Source: Dimorphilus gyrociliatus (taxonomy: Eukaryota; Animalia; Annelida). Taken from it: DNA of 64,000 nucleotides. A program made the position numbers and the translations under genes. The stretch spans positions 310,001-374,000 of the forward strand of contig CAJFCJ010000017.1 of the NCBI GenBank assembly GCA_904063045.1, in the 5' to 3' direction. The notes below the pieces were generated by a model that saw only the letters and a program-made list of their open reading frames with translations, did no database searches and was not told the DNA's origin. The number at the start of each line of letters is the position of its first letter. Positions within the stretch are counted from its first letter, which is position 1. Shown here piece by piece: positions 1-13,900 of this stretch.

Positions 1-1691
1 CATTTTTCCCTGGTGTTTAAACTGCAGCGCACTTGTAACATTTCTCTCGGCTCCATCGAAACATTTCGAAAGGCTTTCAATGGAAAGAAATGAAGAATCT
101 CTTAAAAATTGTCCAATAGTATTATCGAATCTATCATAAAAACAATCTATAATTTGTTTTCGTAATTCTGTGGATTGCGATTTTATATCTTTCAAAGCTT
201 TATCTATATGTTCATTTATTGTGGATGAAAACATTTTCTTATCTTTTTCATTGTCCATTCTTTCTTCTTCGAATAACTCTTTCGATTTTTGATGATATTT
301 CTTACGTAATTCTCTTCCACGATTTTCAATTTCACTATCATCTATGTCCATTGGAACACATTCACAAGACAACTCTACAGTTTCCTCTTCCAAATCCTTA
401 AAGATGTCTTCTGCTGTATTTCTAACTTTTCTATACGACAACAATTCCCTCACCGATCTGGGATTTTTGATTCTATCGTTTGTTTCCAGATTTTGTAAGA
501 CTTTCTCGATATTTTCTAATATTTCTGGTCCAGTTCTTGCCATATTTAATATTTTATCACAAAACTCGAAAAGATCTCCAACAAACGCTTCCATTGCAGT
601 TCTGAAATTATCTCCGAAATCTGTAATATACAAAAATTCATTGATTTAATGATTATCTTCCATTTAAAATTGTTTATTTACCGTTCAAGTTGATTTCATC
701 ATTTTCCTGATCATCCAATCTTGGATTAGGTAACAAAGAAAATTTCGTTTCTTTCCGCCAAATGTTCTTCAGAGTTTGACCTAAATCTTCGTAATTCTTT
801 TAATGATATACCGTTAATTATCAATGAAATAATAATACGAAGACAAAAATCCCATTACCTCAAGCTGTTTTGCTTTGAATTCATCATTGAATATGCCATG
901 CTTATACTTATCTCTCTTACTTCTGTCTCTTAGAACAAATAAAAGATTCTGAAGTAGGAAGATAAAAGGCTATTTAAGTAATATCACTTTCATATATAAA
1001 TTAATCTTACTGAAAAATTTTTCAGCTCATTCTCCGATCGATTCTCAACACTTATCATTAAACAATGCTAAAAAAAACGTCATTCTAATATCATTTTCTT
1101 ATCAATTTTAATAACCCAATCAACTTACACAAAGGGCTTCTGTTTCGGACTCTTTTAATACTTCCTTTGTATTTAAAATAGTTAGTGATGAAACGTGAAG
1201 TAATATTGAAAAAATCAATAAATCATTAATCTGTAATTTTTCAGGACTGTCTAAACCCTGCGAATCCACGAACAGTATGTGGTAACCCTTCCTATGTATA
1301 ATATATTGAATGAGAAAAAAAAAGCTAATGGATAAACTTAAAACAAAAGAAACCTTTCAACTGAAAAAGGCCAGATATCGATTCCTGTGGAATATAAGAT
1401 TAATCTGAGACGGTTGTTAATTAAGTCAAAAACAGAAAATAAACCTTTTGTGACAGATGCATGATTCTCGTCGTATCGAGCATGAAATCGATTTTCAACT
1501 TTATCCGCCGAAGAATACAAGTAATGAAGAATAAGATTTAACAAAGTACTCTTTCCACTTCTTAATACCCCAGTTATACTAATAACAATACATTTCTTGT
1601 CCCTACACTCCTTCCGTAGAAAATCAATAGCTGATATATTCAATTTCGGAGTATTATTTTCATCAATTTTTAACAAATTTATCGCAGACAT
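1..1691 (-). CDS. Atlastin/guanylate-binding protein (GB1/RHD3)-like large GTPase, multi-exon, 3' end outside window
   Basis: Exon 1 has P-loop VISITGVLRSGKSTLLNLILHYLY. Exons joined over ~55-60 bp GT-AG introns give G2-like TGIDIW, G3 FVDSQG, G4-like LLFVLRD and FSLLPNP, matching atlastin/GBP motif order. The last exon (from ~622) is a helical, charged region still open at position 1. Confidence 0.8.
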
Positions 1692-1996
1692 TATCTACGA
1701 GTGCCAACAAAATCTTTATAACAACCTACTTTCACTATACGATGAATATATGAAAAAACCATGGTTAGAATTATACATCAATAATAGTTTTAACCATACT
1801 TGTCTATAAAAAAACGGATACTTCTGATAGAAAGAATGCTACTTGGTGTTTATATTATAACAACGTTAAAACTATAATAACACCCTTAATATTTGGATAT
1901 TTATTTGCTTACTTTGAATAAGCAAATCAATATTTTATTTATTATTAATCATACAAAAAAAACATTCCTTTTCACTTATAACAAACAATAATAAAT

Positions 1997-4900
1997 TTAA
2001 CGAAATTTTACAATCAATATTGCGATTAGAATAATTGTTGTTATTATAAACACACCTAGTCCAGCTCCCAAACCAATTGCTATATACTTATATTTCTCGT
2101 AGTCCTCCTTATCTTCCTTTGTTGGTTTAGTTGACTTTCGTAATTCAACTGTTGTTGTTATCTTTGATGTTGTAATATTTTCATATTCAGAAGAATCTTT
2201 GTTGAATGTCACTTCTGTATACATCTGCGACGGTACGACTGTTATCTTCTCTGTTTTTGGTTCTCTTTTATTTGTTGTTATATCAATTTTCTTTGTTTCT
2301 AACACATCAGTTGTCACATCTTTAAAAGAGGTTGTTTCATATGGATTAAAAGTCGTCATAGGCATTTCTTTTGTCGATTCAAACTTTGATTTATCAACAT
2401 TCGAAGGTATTACTTGTACAGTAAAAGTCGATGTACTCGTACAAGGATTTAACGATTTATCAGATACTGTAACTATCGTTTCAAAAATGCCTACTGGAAG
2501 TGGAGATTCCAATGTATTTATTTCTCTTGTCTCTTCTTTCATATTTAGAAACGGCGAAACGTCATTACTTCTAACATTCACATTATAAATTAACTGAGAA
2601 TTTAGACCGAAATCCTTATCTGTTGCTTCAATGTTATAGATCGTAGAATTTGCAGATATACTAGAATTAACTGTGATTGTTATTCCATTCTTTGGTTTTT
2701 CTATTATCGCACAATCATTTATATCTAACACCGTTAGGTTGAACGATATTGTTTCCGAGTTCGAAGGAACTCCGTTGTCTGACGCCACAATATCAATTAA
2801 ATAGCTGCCGGGATTCAACTTTCCCGCAGTACGAATTACGCCCGTATGTACATCGATAGAAATAGCTACTGAGGTGGAGGATATCGAGTAGGATATAAGT
2901 CCTGATTCCCCGATGTCAGTGTCTTTCGCTTCAACTGTTAATATATACTCTCCGATGTCAGAACGCTCTCCAACTACGGCTGAATACGAATCCTTTACAA
3001 ATTTAGGAGTTGCCATGTTAGGTTTGACAGTCAACGAACAGTCGTCACCTTCGAATCCTTTCTCGCAAACACAAGTATTATTCGAAGCACAACGACCATT
3101 TTGGTTACAATCTGATACTTTATCACATAGTGGTACATCACACGACTCCCCGGACCACGATTCGTCGCAATTACATTTGTCAAACGATTCGCATCTGCCA
3201 TGTTTCGAACAGTACGACAACTCTTCGCATGAAAATTCTGTACAAACTTTACCAGAATATCCTTTCTTGCACTCACATTTGTTTGGGGAAGCACAATCAC
3301 CGTTAGATGAACATTGCGGATCACAGATTGGTAAGCCGCATGTCCTTCCAGCATATCCATCATCGCAAATACATTCTGTAGCATTTTTACATATTCCTCT
3401 TTCGTTACAATTGTCCATTAGAGGACATTCTTTTAAGATTCCACAATCATCTCCGCTATAGCCATCTTCGCATGTACAAACTCCAGGTTCGGTGCATTTA
3501 CCGTGACCACTGCAATCATTTTTACAGATTGGCTTAGAACAACTTAGACCAGTCCATTCTTTGAAACAAAGGCATTGATCGAAAGCAATACAAATTCCAT
3601 TTTGAGAACATTCGCCTCTTACCTCACAACTGAATGTGGCGCAATTTGTTCCATTGTAACCAATCTCACATTTACAAATGTCGTGGTCAATGCATATCCC
3701 ATGATCTGAACAACCTTCACTGCAAACAGCCTCTTCTGAGCAATTTTTTGATGTCCATCCTTCATCGCATTTACAAACATCTGATTTAACGCATTCTCCT
3801 TTTGATGAGCAATTGCCTTCGCAAATTGCCGCCATCTCACAAGTCGGTCCTTCGAAACCAGGAACACATTCGCAAAAGCCAGCCGAACAGTTTCCATTAA
3901 CACACTTTCCACATTCCCCAATTTCGCATGATTCCCCAGACCAGCTTTGTATACAAACACACTTTCCTCCAACACAGTTTCCTCTATTGGAACACTTCTC
4001 CGGACATTCATTGGCTTTCAGTACAGCTTGATTTCGTACCTTCGGATCATCGGTAATTACAACATCGTAGATACATTGATCAATCTCTTCCTTTGATAAT
4101 CGGTCAGATGTACAAACTTCTTTCGCAGTATTAATGTCGGATTGCGTAAATCCATTCAGTGAATAGAGAGGCTTATGCGTTGGATCAATATACGATTTAT
4201 CCATTGAGTCTTTCTCGTGAAAGTTTGATTCGGTATCAGACCAAGAATTAGGCAGTCCACCTCCATTTCTAATAGTCCGCTTCATTCTCCAAGATTCTAC
4301 AAATTGTACGGGATAAGTGTAATTTTTACCATCTGGACCCATAAGATCGTCCGAATCGTCATCGTTGAAATATCCACAAATGCCAGATGTCTTGTTGATC
4401 ATCTCATTTATTGGTGTTGTTATTAGAGTCAAGTATTGTCTCTTCATCTTAGAGCTGTATGATGCTACAATCGATAAACTAGCTCCATTTGAGAATTTTA
4501 AGGACACGAATAGAATGGTCGGATCATCTTCGGAGATTTCCTTCGCACGCAGGGAAATATCTAATCGAAGACTATCATTATGAAATTTGAATTTGTTCTC
4601 AGTGTTCAAATTGGACAATTCATTTCCATCAAGACGAAGAACAGGTAGATCTGTTAGTGTTGATGGAAATTTCGTGTTGATCGTTAAAACTGATGTATTG
4701 CCGAGTTTCAATGCAATCGCACCAATAAATGATGTTCTCTTAAAAGCAAAGAATCGAAACTGATAAGCTAAAAATGGTGATCGACAACCCCAGAATTGAC
4801 CGATTCCAAAGTAATCGAAAGATCTACCATCCAACGTTGCTAAATGAGGATCTCCCCAGTTCCTTCTAGGCAATCTTTGTTCGCAAGAACGGCCACCCCA

Positions 4901-7900
4901 TCCTCTATTACATGCGCATCTTGATCTGCAGTTCGCTGTTGCTACACAAAATCCGTTTCCACTGCAGCTAGAATCTGGTGGGCATGACGGTTGATCGCAA
5001 TTCGGTCCGGTTCTCTGTGACGTACACACACCATTAACACCACATTCATTTTCACAGGGACAAGTTCCATCAGGCTTTCTAACTACAATTCTGCCATCAG
5101 GACACGGTTCGCACGGTTCGCAGCGACATCCTTCTGGGCCGATTGTTGATTGAGTTCCATCTTCACATTCACAAGGGCATTCGAATTCTGGATCGTCGAG
5201 AGGTTTAGCTGTACCATCCGAACAGCAAGAACATTCACTATTCTTCAATTTCCAACTCATCATTTGCTTTTCGCCTGTACATTGACATCTACACATACAC
5301 TCTTTCTTTGTCGGATGAGGCATTCCGTAACCGATTTGTCCGTTATCTTCCTCACAGAGACAACATCTTTGCTCAACATCCCATGATTGTGGTAAAGCTA
5401 CACATGTACTTGTCAATTTTGATTCCCTTCTAGCTAAAGGAAATTGTAAAGATCCGCCAACGATGAAGGCGTGAAATTTTCCTCTCATAACTGTATTACC
5501 GAGATATAAACTAGCACTATTTGGCTTATCGACATTCGAACATGTTTCAGTATCACAGAATCCAGCTTTAAGTATAAATTCTTGACCCACATCAATAGAT
5601 GCTTCCGCCCGTAATTTAAATTTAAATTTTCCCTTGATCTCAACATCCTCCATCCAATCCTTGAATGATTTTATTATTCCTCTTCTATTACGTTTTTTCT
5701 TTATTTTATCATAAATTTTCTTTAGGACTTTTAGTTTGCCTAAAATACCAAGATCTGGCCACAATGCACGTATTCCGGCCCTTAAAGTTACAACTGTCTC
5801 AGCTGTAGCCGACCATTTTCCATTAATATTCCCAGGCCCAACGTTGATATCCGCTCCCTTTCCTAGTGATCTTAAACCGCCTCCCCTACTATAGCCTGCT
5901 CCTACATCGTAACTTGCACTTGCAGATCCACTGGCAGAAAGCGAAGCTTCAGCACCGACAGAAGCTTTTATAGGACCAACGCTAAACCTTCCAATGTTAA
6001 TCACACCGGGCACTGGCACGCCAAACACAGGAATTATAAATGGTCGCTTAGTAACAGATGGTAAAGGAATTTCAGGGAAGACTGTATATCTACTTGACTT
6101 TCCCGAATATCTGGCATTAATTGATGCATCATAACCTAATCGACCATTAGCTAAAAGACTAAAAGAATCAACGCTAAAGTCATGAGGTGATATTTTCACT
6201 TCCAGTGCTATTCCATTGGTAACTTTAATATTTCCACTAACACCGACAGATATTCCATTTTGCTAAAGAAAGTTTTGATTTAAACTATTGTCGATAAGAA
6301 ATGTTATTTAACTTACGCTCCATTGGCGATTAAATGGTTGGGATGCTGTAACCGTAACTTTTCCTCCAAACGAAGATCTTTTCTTTTTTGTTTTGGTTGA
6401 TATTTTGTCTATATTAAATTCTGTAGAATTCATTGTTTGCGAGACAGACGACATATCAATGACTTCAGCCGATATCCATCCCGATGATAGTAGCCTCTTG
6501 TTTAAAACAAATCCTAGAGCTGGTAAAGCAGTCCTACCCACTATCAATTCGTTTTCTCTAATAGATTTATCGTAATCTCGTCTATCCGTGTAAATAAGAC
6601 CACTAACGCTGTCGCCAGTCTTGCATTCAAGCTCAGAAGGTAGATTTTCAATGTTATCCAGATTATCACTTGGTTGTAAGCCCCTTGAACAATCCACCAA
6701 ATCAGATTCAATAAACACATCATTCTGACTTTTTCTAACTTTGGTAACTCTTTCCAAAAAGCCTTTAGGACTACTCGACAAAAGAACATCTCCTCTTTCG
6801 AAATTATTCACCTTTGTGTACACAAAATAAGACCATATTTTGTTATTTTCGTACGAATATTCCCTTCCTGAGCATTTATAAACTTCATCTCCAACATCAC
6901 TGTAGGTTTGATTAGAGTCAATAAAATTCTGCATTTGTTCGGGTGATGGAACTAAATCAACAGCTCGAGGATTTTCAATATCGTTGGAAGTACCTTCCAA
7001 TCTTACGTGAGCGTATTTTACAACTTCAAGTGGATCGGCTTGCTTTCCAACAGCTATTGTATATTTTGCTGGAGATCTTTTAAAGTCATAAATTTTATGC
7101 ATGATTCCATTCGCTTGGGGACTGAGTATGATATTTCCTTTTCTGAAGAATCTTTCAATTTCTGGAAATATCAAAATTTCAAAAAATCCTTCACTGTCTC
7201 CTTTCAAAGTTTGTCTAGCTGAACATTTGAAAATCCTTCTGCTTGGAGAAATTTTTATGACATTTTCATGAGTTTCCATATAATCTCTTCTGGATGGTTT
7301 TGTTAAATCTGGTCTAATCATGCCCAGTGGACATTTCGTTTCGTTCCAAGATATGCACTTATCATTCTGAGCAGTTGATGAATAGCAGGCTACCATATCT
7401 TTGCATTGCTCGCAAAAACCTTGTGATCCAGTTTGTGTAAAATTGCACAAATGCTCTTTGCATTCTATTTGTTGAATTTGTTTTGAACATGAAGAAGGAC
7501 TAATAGTAAGACAGTTCCTGTAAAAGTAGTTTTTACATTCCGATAACGGTTCCTTTGCTGTTCCTGGTATGCATTTTTCGGTGGAATCACACCATCCACA
7601 ACCTTCAGCTTTTGTACACTGTACGCAAGACGAATATCGAGGACATTTTGACGCACCACAGTTTGATCCGTACCATCCAGGTTGACATTTACAAATGTTG
7701 GGTCCTTTGCAACTTCCTCTACCTGAACAATCAGACACATCACGACAAGATATTTGGGAACAATCGTCTCCAGTCCAACCAGATTCACAAATACATTGCG
7801 TCCCAACACATGATCCTCTTCCATAACAGTTAGAAGGACAAAGTCCAGAACTCGATTTTCTACAAATCCATGGTTTCAAGATTGATAATTGAGAAGGGCT

Positions 7901-10900
7901 ATCTGTGAACCAAATATCGCTCACTTTAACCTTTCCATCAACATCTGTATATCTTAGTAAATCCGTCAGTCTATCGACACCTCGAAGAGCTGCTTCTGTT
8001 AGAAGAAAAGCCGAATTCTTCTTACACCATACATCAGCTTCCGCTTTTGAACCAGCTCCAACGTGAAAGTGATAACATGACCCTCGAATAAATTTCCAGC
8101 CAAGAACACAACTTCCAGACGTTGCTAAGCTGAGAGGTTCACTTTGCAATATTGGAACAAACTGAAGTATTGGAGATCCCTCAAGTGATTTACCATCTTT
8201 AATTCTCTTTCCAATTTTGTCGATATCCAAACTTCCCCACCAATTATATTGACAGTTACCACTTTGAAAGTCAGCATTTTGTAGACTGTAAGCCACCTCG
8301 TATGGTGTTTGAGGATTATTTAATATATTGTTATTGATGTACAAATTTCTGCTGACAGATGTAATCACAGCATCATTTCCTTCGTCTGGGTATTTTTTGT
8401 TAAAAATGAACGTATTCAACGATATATTAGTATTCAAATTGTTGGAATTGACGTATAGTAGGGTACCCTGGGCGGTATTATTATACAGAAGATTATTTGT
8501 GAAAGTGGTATCCGCATTTTCAATGTAGATTAAGTGATCACGTGATTTGGAATGTTGAATATTACATTTATCAAAGGTAACGGTAGCATTATTAATCCCG
8601 TAGTTGTTCATGCGAAGAAGGCTGCTTTCGTGTAAATTAGTAATAGAGTTTTGAGTAAACACCAAATTAGAGATTCTCGATTCAAAAGTTGAATTGAAAT
8701 AGACTCTAAGCACTTGTGAATTGCTTAATTTAGGAATATTCAAATTTCTGACGAGAACATAGGCACTATGAAGATCTATGTTTATCAAACTGGACGATTC
8801 GATGATGGGATGATTTTGATTAAATGTTAACCTTTCCAACCAAACGCTGTTGTGTATTTCGCTATTTCTATTATGAATATCTAGGCATCCTGTTTGGCAA
8901 TTTTCAAAACTTGTATCAGTAACTTTCAACTCAGTAGCTTCTCTCTCAAATGGACACGTTTCATAATCTGTTTGATCAATACCAATGAAAGATTGACAAT
9001 TACTGTGAATCGATCCGTAGAGAGCAATTCGAAATTTTTTTCCTTTCAATTTCTTCAAAGATATTCTAAAGTTTTTCCATTTCGTTTCCAAGTGTAACCT
9101 ATCTAAAAAGATTAGCCGATCTTCCAAGTCAGCGTAGACTGTTATTGTTTCACCTGGTATTGAATAGGCTGAGTTTTTGTATGCGCTTAATTTGAAAAAG
9201 CATAAATCATCTGTTGGATTGACGGTGGTGTCATAGATAAGAGCATTGGTTATCCCAGCATAGATAATTCCATATCTGCATTGAATATTTGAACTGTTAA
9301 AGAGGGCGAGATAATGGCCACTACTTGAGAGAGGAAAATCTTTGTCATGTCTAAGTCCGTAAGAAGCCGTTATATTATTAGCTGCAAGCCTTTGAAATGC
9401 TTTAAACGGACCGTTTCCTATTGAACGTCTATCGTTAACCCATTCACATGTATTCTCTTCAAAGTTGCAAGTATTTGCTGTAATTAATAAAAACGAAAAT
9501 ATGTTAAGCGTTATATGTTTGAATAAAATACTTACATTGTTGTTTAATTGCAGTGATTGTCAATTTCATATCATGACGGAAATTTACATTTAGCAAAAGT
9601 TGAACTCTGATCTTTCTTGTCGTTGATATAATGTTTATTTCCTTGATAGTTCTGGTTAACGAACTAATTAATGCATTACCTTCACCTTCATAAATCCTTA
9701 AGAAAATTTCTCCACTGATGTATCTTTTATAACGAGCTCTGACTTGTATTCTTTCGCCTTCTGGCGCTTCAAATATTACTGAACATCCTCTATGATGTGT
9801 AGATTTTAACCATGAGGCCTCAAACCAATAACCAAATTCTCCTGCTCTCACTGGAAATTTTGCTTCAGCAGAGCAGAAATAAAGTGGAGACCATTCTCCT
9901 CCAGTGATGGGTACAAAATCTAAGTTTTCCCTTGGCTTGAACTCCTTCCATAGAATAGCTCTTCCGACGTTACCAATTGTTGAATGAACTATTGATGCAC
10001 TATGATCATTATTTACCAGTTGAATAGCTGTGTCAGATATGTTATCAACCTTCAAGCCTTTAATTATCCAATTCTTTAAGTTATAACTGTTAATGACTGT
10101 CAAAGCTCCTGTTCCTTTTGAAAACGATACATTGTTTAATTTTGGTGCAGGACTCGAAAAAGATACAATTTCAATTCTATTCAATTCAACATTTGTAAAA
10201 AGACTCTGACGATTTCCTTTAAACAGGTATATTCTGTTTGATGTATATTCTTCTATGCAAGTTAATATCGGTACGTAGTTAGTCACTCTTGTAGGAACTT
10301 TTACGCAATTCATCAGGCTATTGGCATTTGTACAATCTAAACTCCAACTAGCCAAATATCGTGTAGAGATTGCTCTAAATTGTACACGGGCACCTGAAAA
10401 TGATCTTTTATTAAAATAATTTAAAAACTGGTTGAAAAAAACCTGACCTAATTTTCCTTTGAAACAAAATGAATTACAAATATCCTTTTGCTCTTTTAGA
10501 AAGTTTCCATCGTATTTAAAAGTAACGTAAAGCCACGCTCCATTCTCCAATACTTGAACATATTTGTTTTGTATCCTATATTTATCTGGGATAGGAGAAC
10601 CTGAAATTTGAATTGGATTGTTGTCTGTTCCTTTCACAGACATACTTCCCAATATCCATAAACTGGAACAAGATGCAAAATGCAATTTGGTATCTCTCCC
10701 ATCAATTTCAAGTTGTTTTTCAATGACAGTGTTTCCAGTGATATATACATTTCCAGATACTGACAACGAATTTGATATATAACCTTTAATGTCTTGAAAA
10801 TTCAGTTCAGGTTCTGGCAAGTCCATTGTTGAAGTCATTGACGAATCTCGATAAGATGGAGATAAATTTAATCTTGGAAGGAGTCCGTTAGTTCGTCCAT

Positions 10901-13900
10901 CAAAGATTCGTTGATAAGGATTATCCGAACTGAAGTAGTTTCGAGATACCTGGAAACGACATTGTTCATCTCGTCCTATTTGACATAAAAGATTTGTCCG
11001 AATTTCGTATTTATTCAATGGATTATTGAATTTGTTCTTGATAACCCTTTCAGGAAATGAATCCCCTTCGAGATTGATACAACTATCAGCACTATTATCA
11101 TTAAAGCTGTTATCTTCAACAACGACATTATGACCAATTTTTCCAGTTAATCTCAAATTGACCAAATCAGATGACGTATTACATTTGGTAAATGAATTGG
11201 ATTTCATTTCAAGACCTCCTTCACTAACATGAAAATTTATAATTTGTTGTTTTGAAGATGCATCATAGAGTTGATTTCCGGAGAAAACTACATTGTTTTC
11301 TATCGGTTTCTTGAAGAAATCTGTAGAAATAACGATGAACGATTCGGTTACATTACTTTTGAGAAATTTATTATCCATTATTTCAATTGGTCCTGATCTA
11401 TGATTAAGAAGGAAGATATTTTTAAAGTTTTTGACGTCTCTAAATATATTTTGTGAAATTTCCAATTTTCCATTAACTGGAAAATCAAAAAGGTTGATAT
11501 ACTGCGAACCCTGACCAGCTACATTAAATATCGTGTTATTTTTAATGATATATGACATATCAGCAGTCAATTCACTCCTAAACGATCCACGTATTATGCC
11601 ACTTAAATATTTTGTTGTATCAGTTGTAATCCAATTGCTTATCAGATTCAAATTAAACTTGACATATTTAGAATACATCAAATCATTCAATATTATTGGA
11701 GTATGACATTTAAAGATTGAATCTGTAACATTAACGGATAATGATTTTTGACGTCCAATTGGAACTTTTATAGCCTGTGATTGTCCTGTGAATTCACAGT
11801 TATATATTCTAACTGATCCCTCATCAACAAAATCTGTAGGTATGGAAACTGCAGCTGTTCCTTTCACGAATTTAGAATATTCAATATTGATATTAAAGTT
11901 TTCTTCAGTTGAAAAACTCAAGTGAAACTTAGGAGACTGGAAACTAGAGCTTTCAATTGAAAATGATGACGAAATATTTCGATTTTCCGCTATAATTCAA
12001 AGACAACGAATTAATTATATACTGTATAAACAGTGTTATATAACTTTGATTACTTACTTCCAACGTCAACACTATAAACAGCAATATAGTAGTATATCGT
12101 TATATAATAGCGCTTCTTTAAATACACTGTCCCCCTGTAATCTTGGATTGTCTGAATAGTCCACGGACCTTGTATAGGTTGATTGCCGTCAATACTTTGA
12201 ATATGACCAATCGGTGTATCGAAACTAGTTGTTCGGGGAAACAGGACAAACTTTAATGTCATATCCTTATCGGTTAAAAACCTTAAATAACAATTGACAT
12301 TCTTATTTCTTTCCAGATTGACCGATAAAGTTAAATAATCATGTTTCGGAATATAATATGAATTTGAACAATCATCGTTCGTTATTGTTTCAATATCTAG
12401 GTTATACTGGTCCAAGTTGTATCTGATTGAATGTGTATTAGTAATTGACACTTGTGAATCATGGAAAATTGAATCTTTTATCCTAAAAATTCTTCCGTTA
12501 ACTTTAAACTGTTGTTGATTATTCAGACTTGTAATATTCATATTTTCAAAAGTGATCTCCTCGTCCATAATTGTGTTGTGAGCCAGAACGTTAAAGTCAC
12601 TGTTTGTACTAATCCGCACATTCCTGACAGTATGTCTTAGAAATTCAAAATACAAATCTGAGCCAAGTAGTCCAGAGTTGAAAATAGATAATCCTTCAAT
12701 TAAACTCGGTCTAGAATTTGCTAAATAACTGACACCAATCCATCTTCTTTCGTTACATATTAATACTAAACCTCTCGAAAAAGTACACGGTCCCAAATGA
12801 GTTTTACAAGTACTATAATAACTTGTTGGACAATCTAATGTTATAGCCTCTCGTTTTCCAATATTCCAATAACTAGCTGAAGTATATCCCGCAAAACCCA
12901 TATTGTGACAAATTGCGTTGTAAGTGTCTTCTTTACCTTGCTCATAGCAAACAGGATATTCTTTTGAATTTATATTCATGAAAGTTCCTCTACTCAAAGA
13001 TGAGAAAACTGTCTCTACCTCAACATTTTTAATTTTGATGATAATATCGTCTGGTTGTTTTCCTCTAAATTCCAGTTTACCATAAACTTCAATTCCAGTA
13101 TATGGCCAAGCGTGTATCTCTACACCTTTCTCCACAATAACGTTGGCATTTCTTCGAATTCGAAGCGTTGCTTTAAGTTCATAAACTCCTTCAGTCAGTG
13201 TGACATTATTCTCAATATCACCACCTAAAACAAATTTCTTATAATCAAAGAGATAAGTTTGATTGACTTCGATGAAATTTTCCAAGTCGGAATATGTAGG
13301 ATTAATATCAACAAATAACGATTTGACAACCGCATGACGACCAATAACACGTTCCCAAGCATTGGAATCTCCCCAGAAGTTTCTTGTAGCGTTTACTCTT
13401 AAAGTAGATGTGGAAGAAGGTAGAAGTGATAATTCATACGGCATCTTTGGATTATTTAAGTTATTGAAATTGATATCAATTTCACTATTCGATTTAATCT
13501 TTATTGTAGAAGTTACGTAATTGGGGAAGTGTGTGATTATATCAGAACTTAAGTCTACAGGAATCGTATTATTTGTAATGTCATTATCTTCTATCTCAAT
13601 AGCACCTACATTCGAAGATGATGAGATATCAATAAAAGATTTTAGACTATAACAACTCTTTATTTTATTCCTCCTCACTACAGCACTAAACTGTCTTGTG
13701 TCAGAGGATATTGCTAAAAGAAATCCACCATAAGATCCAATCATTGAGTTATTATAAATATCAAAAACATATTTATGTAATTCAATTGCATAGTTCAGCT
13801 TACTCAATAACGAATGAAACGTGTTATTCGCTATTCTGATTTTATAATGTTGAGCATTATTCCTTTGACTATTTTCAAACATATGTTTCAAGTTATTTTC

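Noticed and set aside
2199-3461. Antisense ORFs opposite the receptor, PEPCK, TECPR1 and zinc-finger exons
   Set aside because: No recognisable motifs; expected by-products of long coding exons.
3031-4011. Overlapping same-strand ORFs inside EGF arrays (also 7465-7824, 19190-19582, 25990-26760, 30592-30891)
   Set aside because: Shifted-frame shadows of Cys/Gly-rich repeats; similarity between copies only reflects the duplication.
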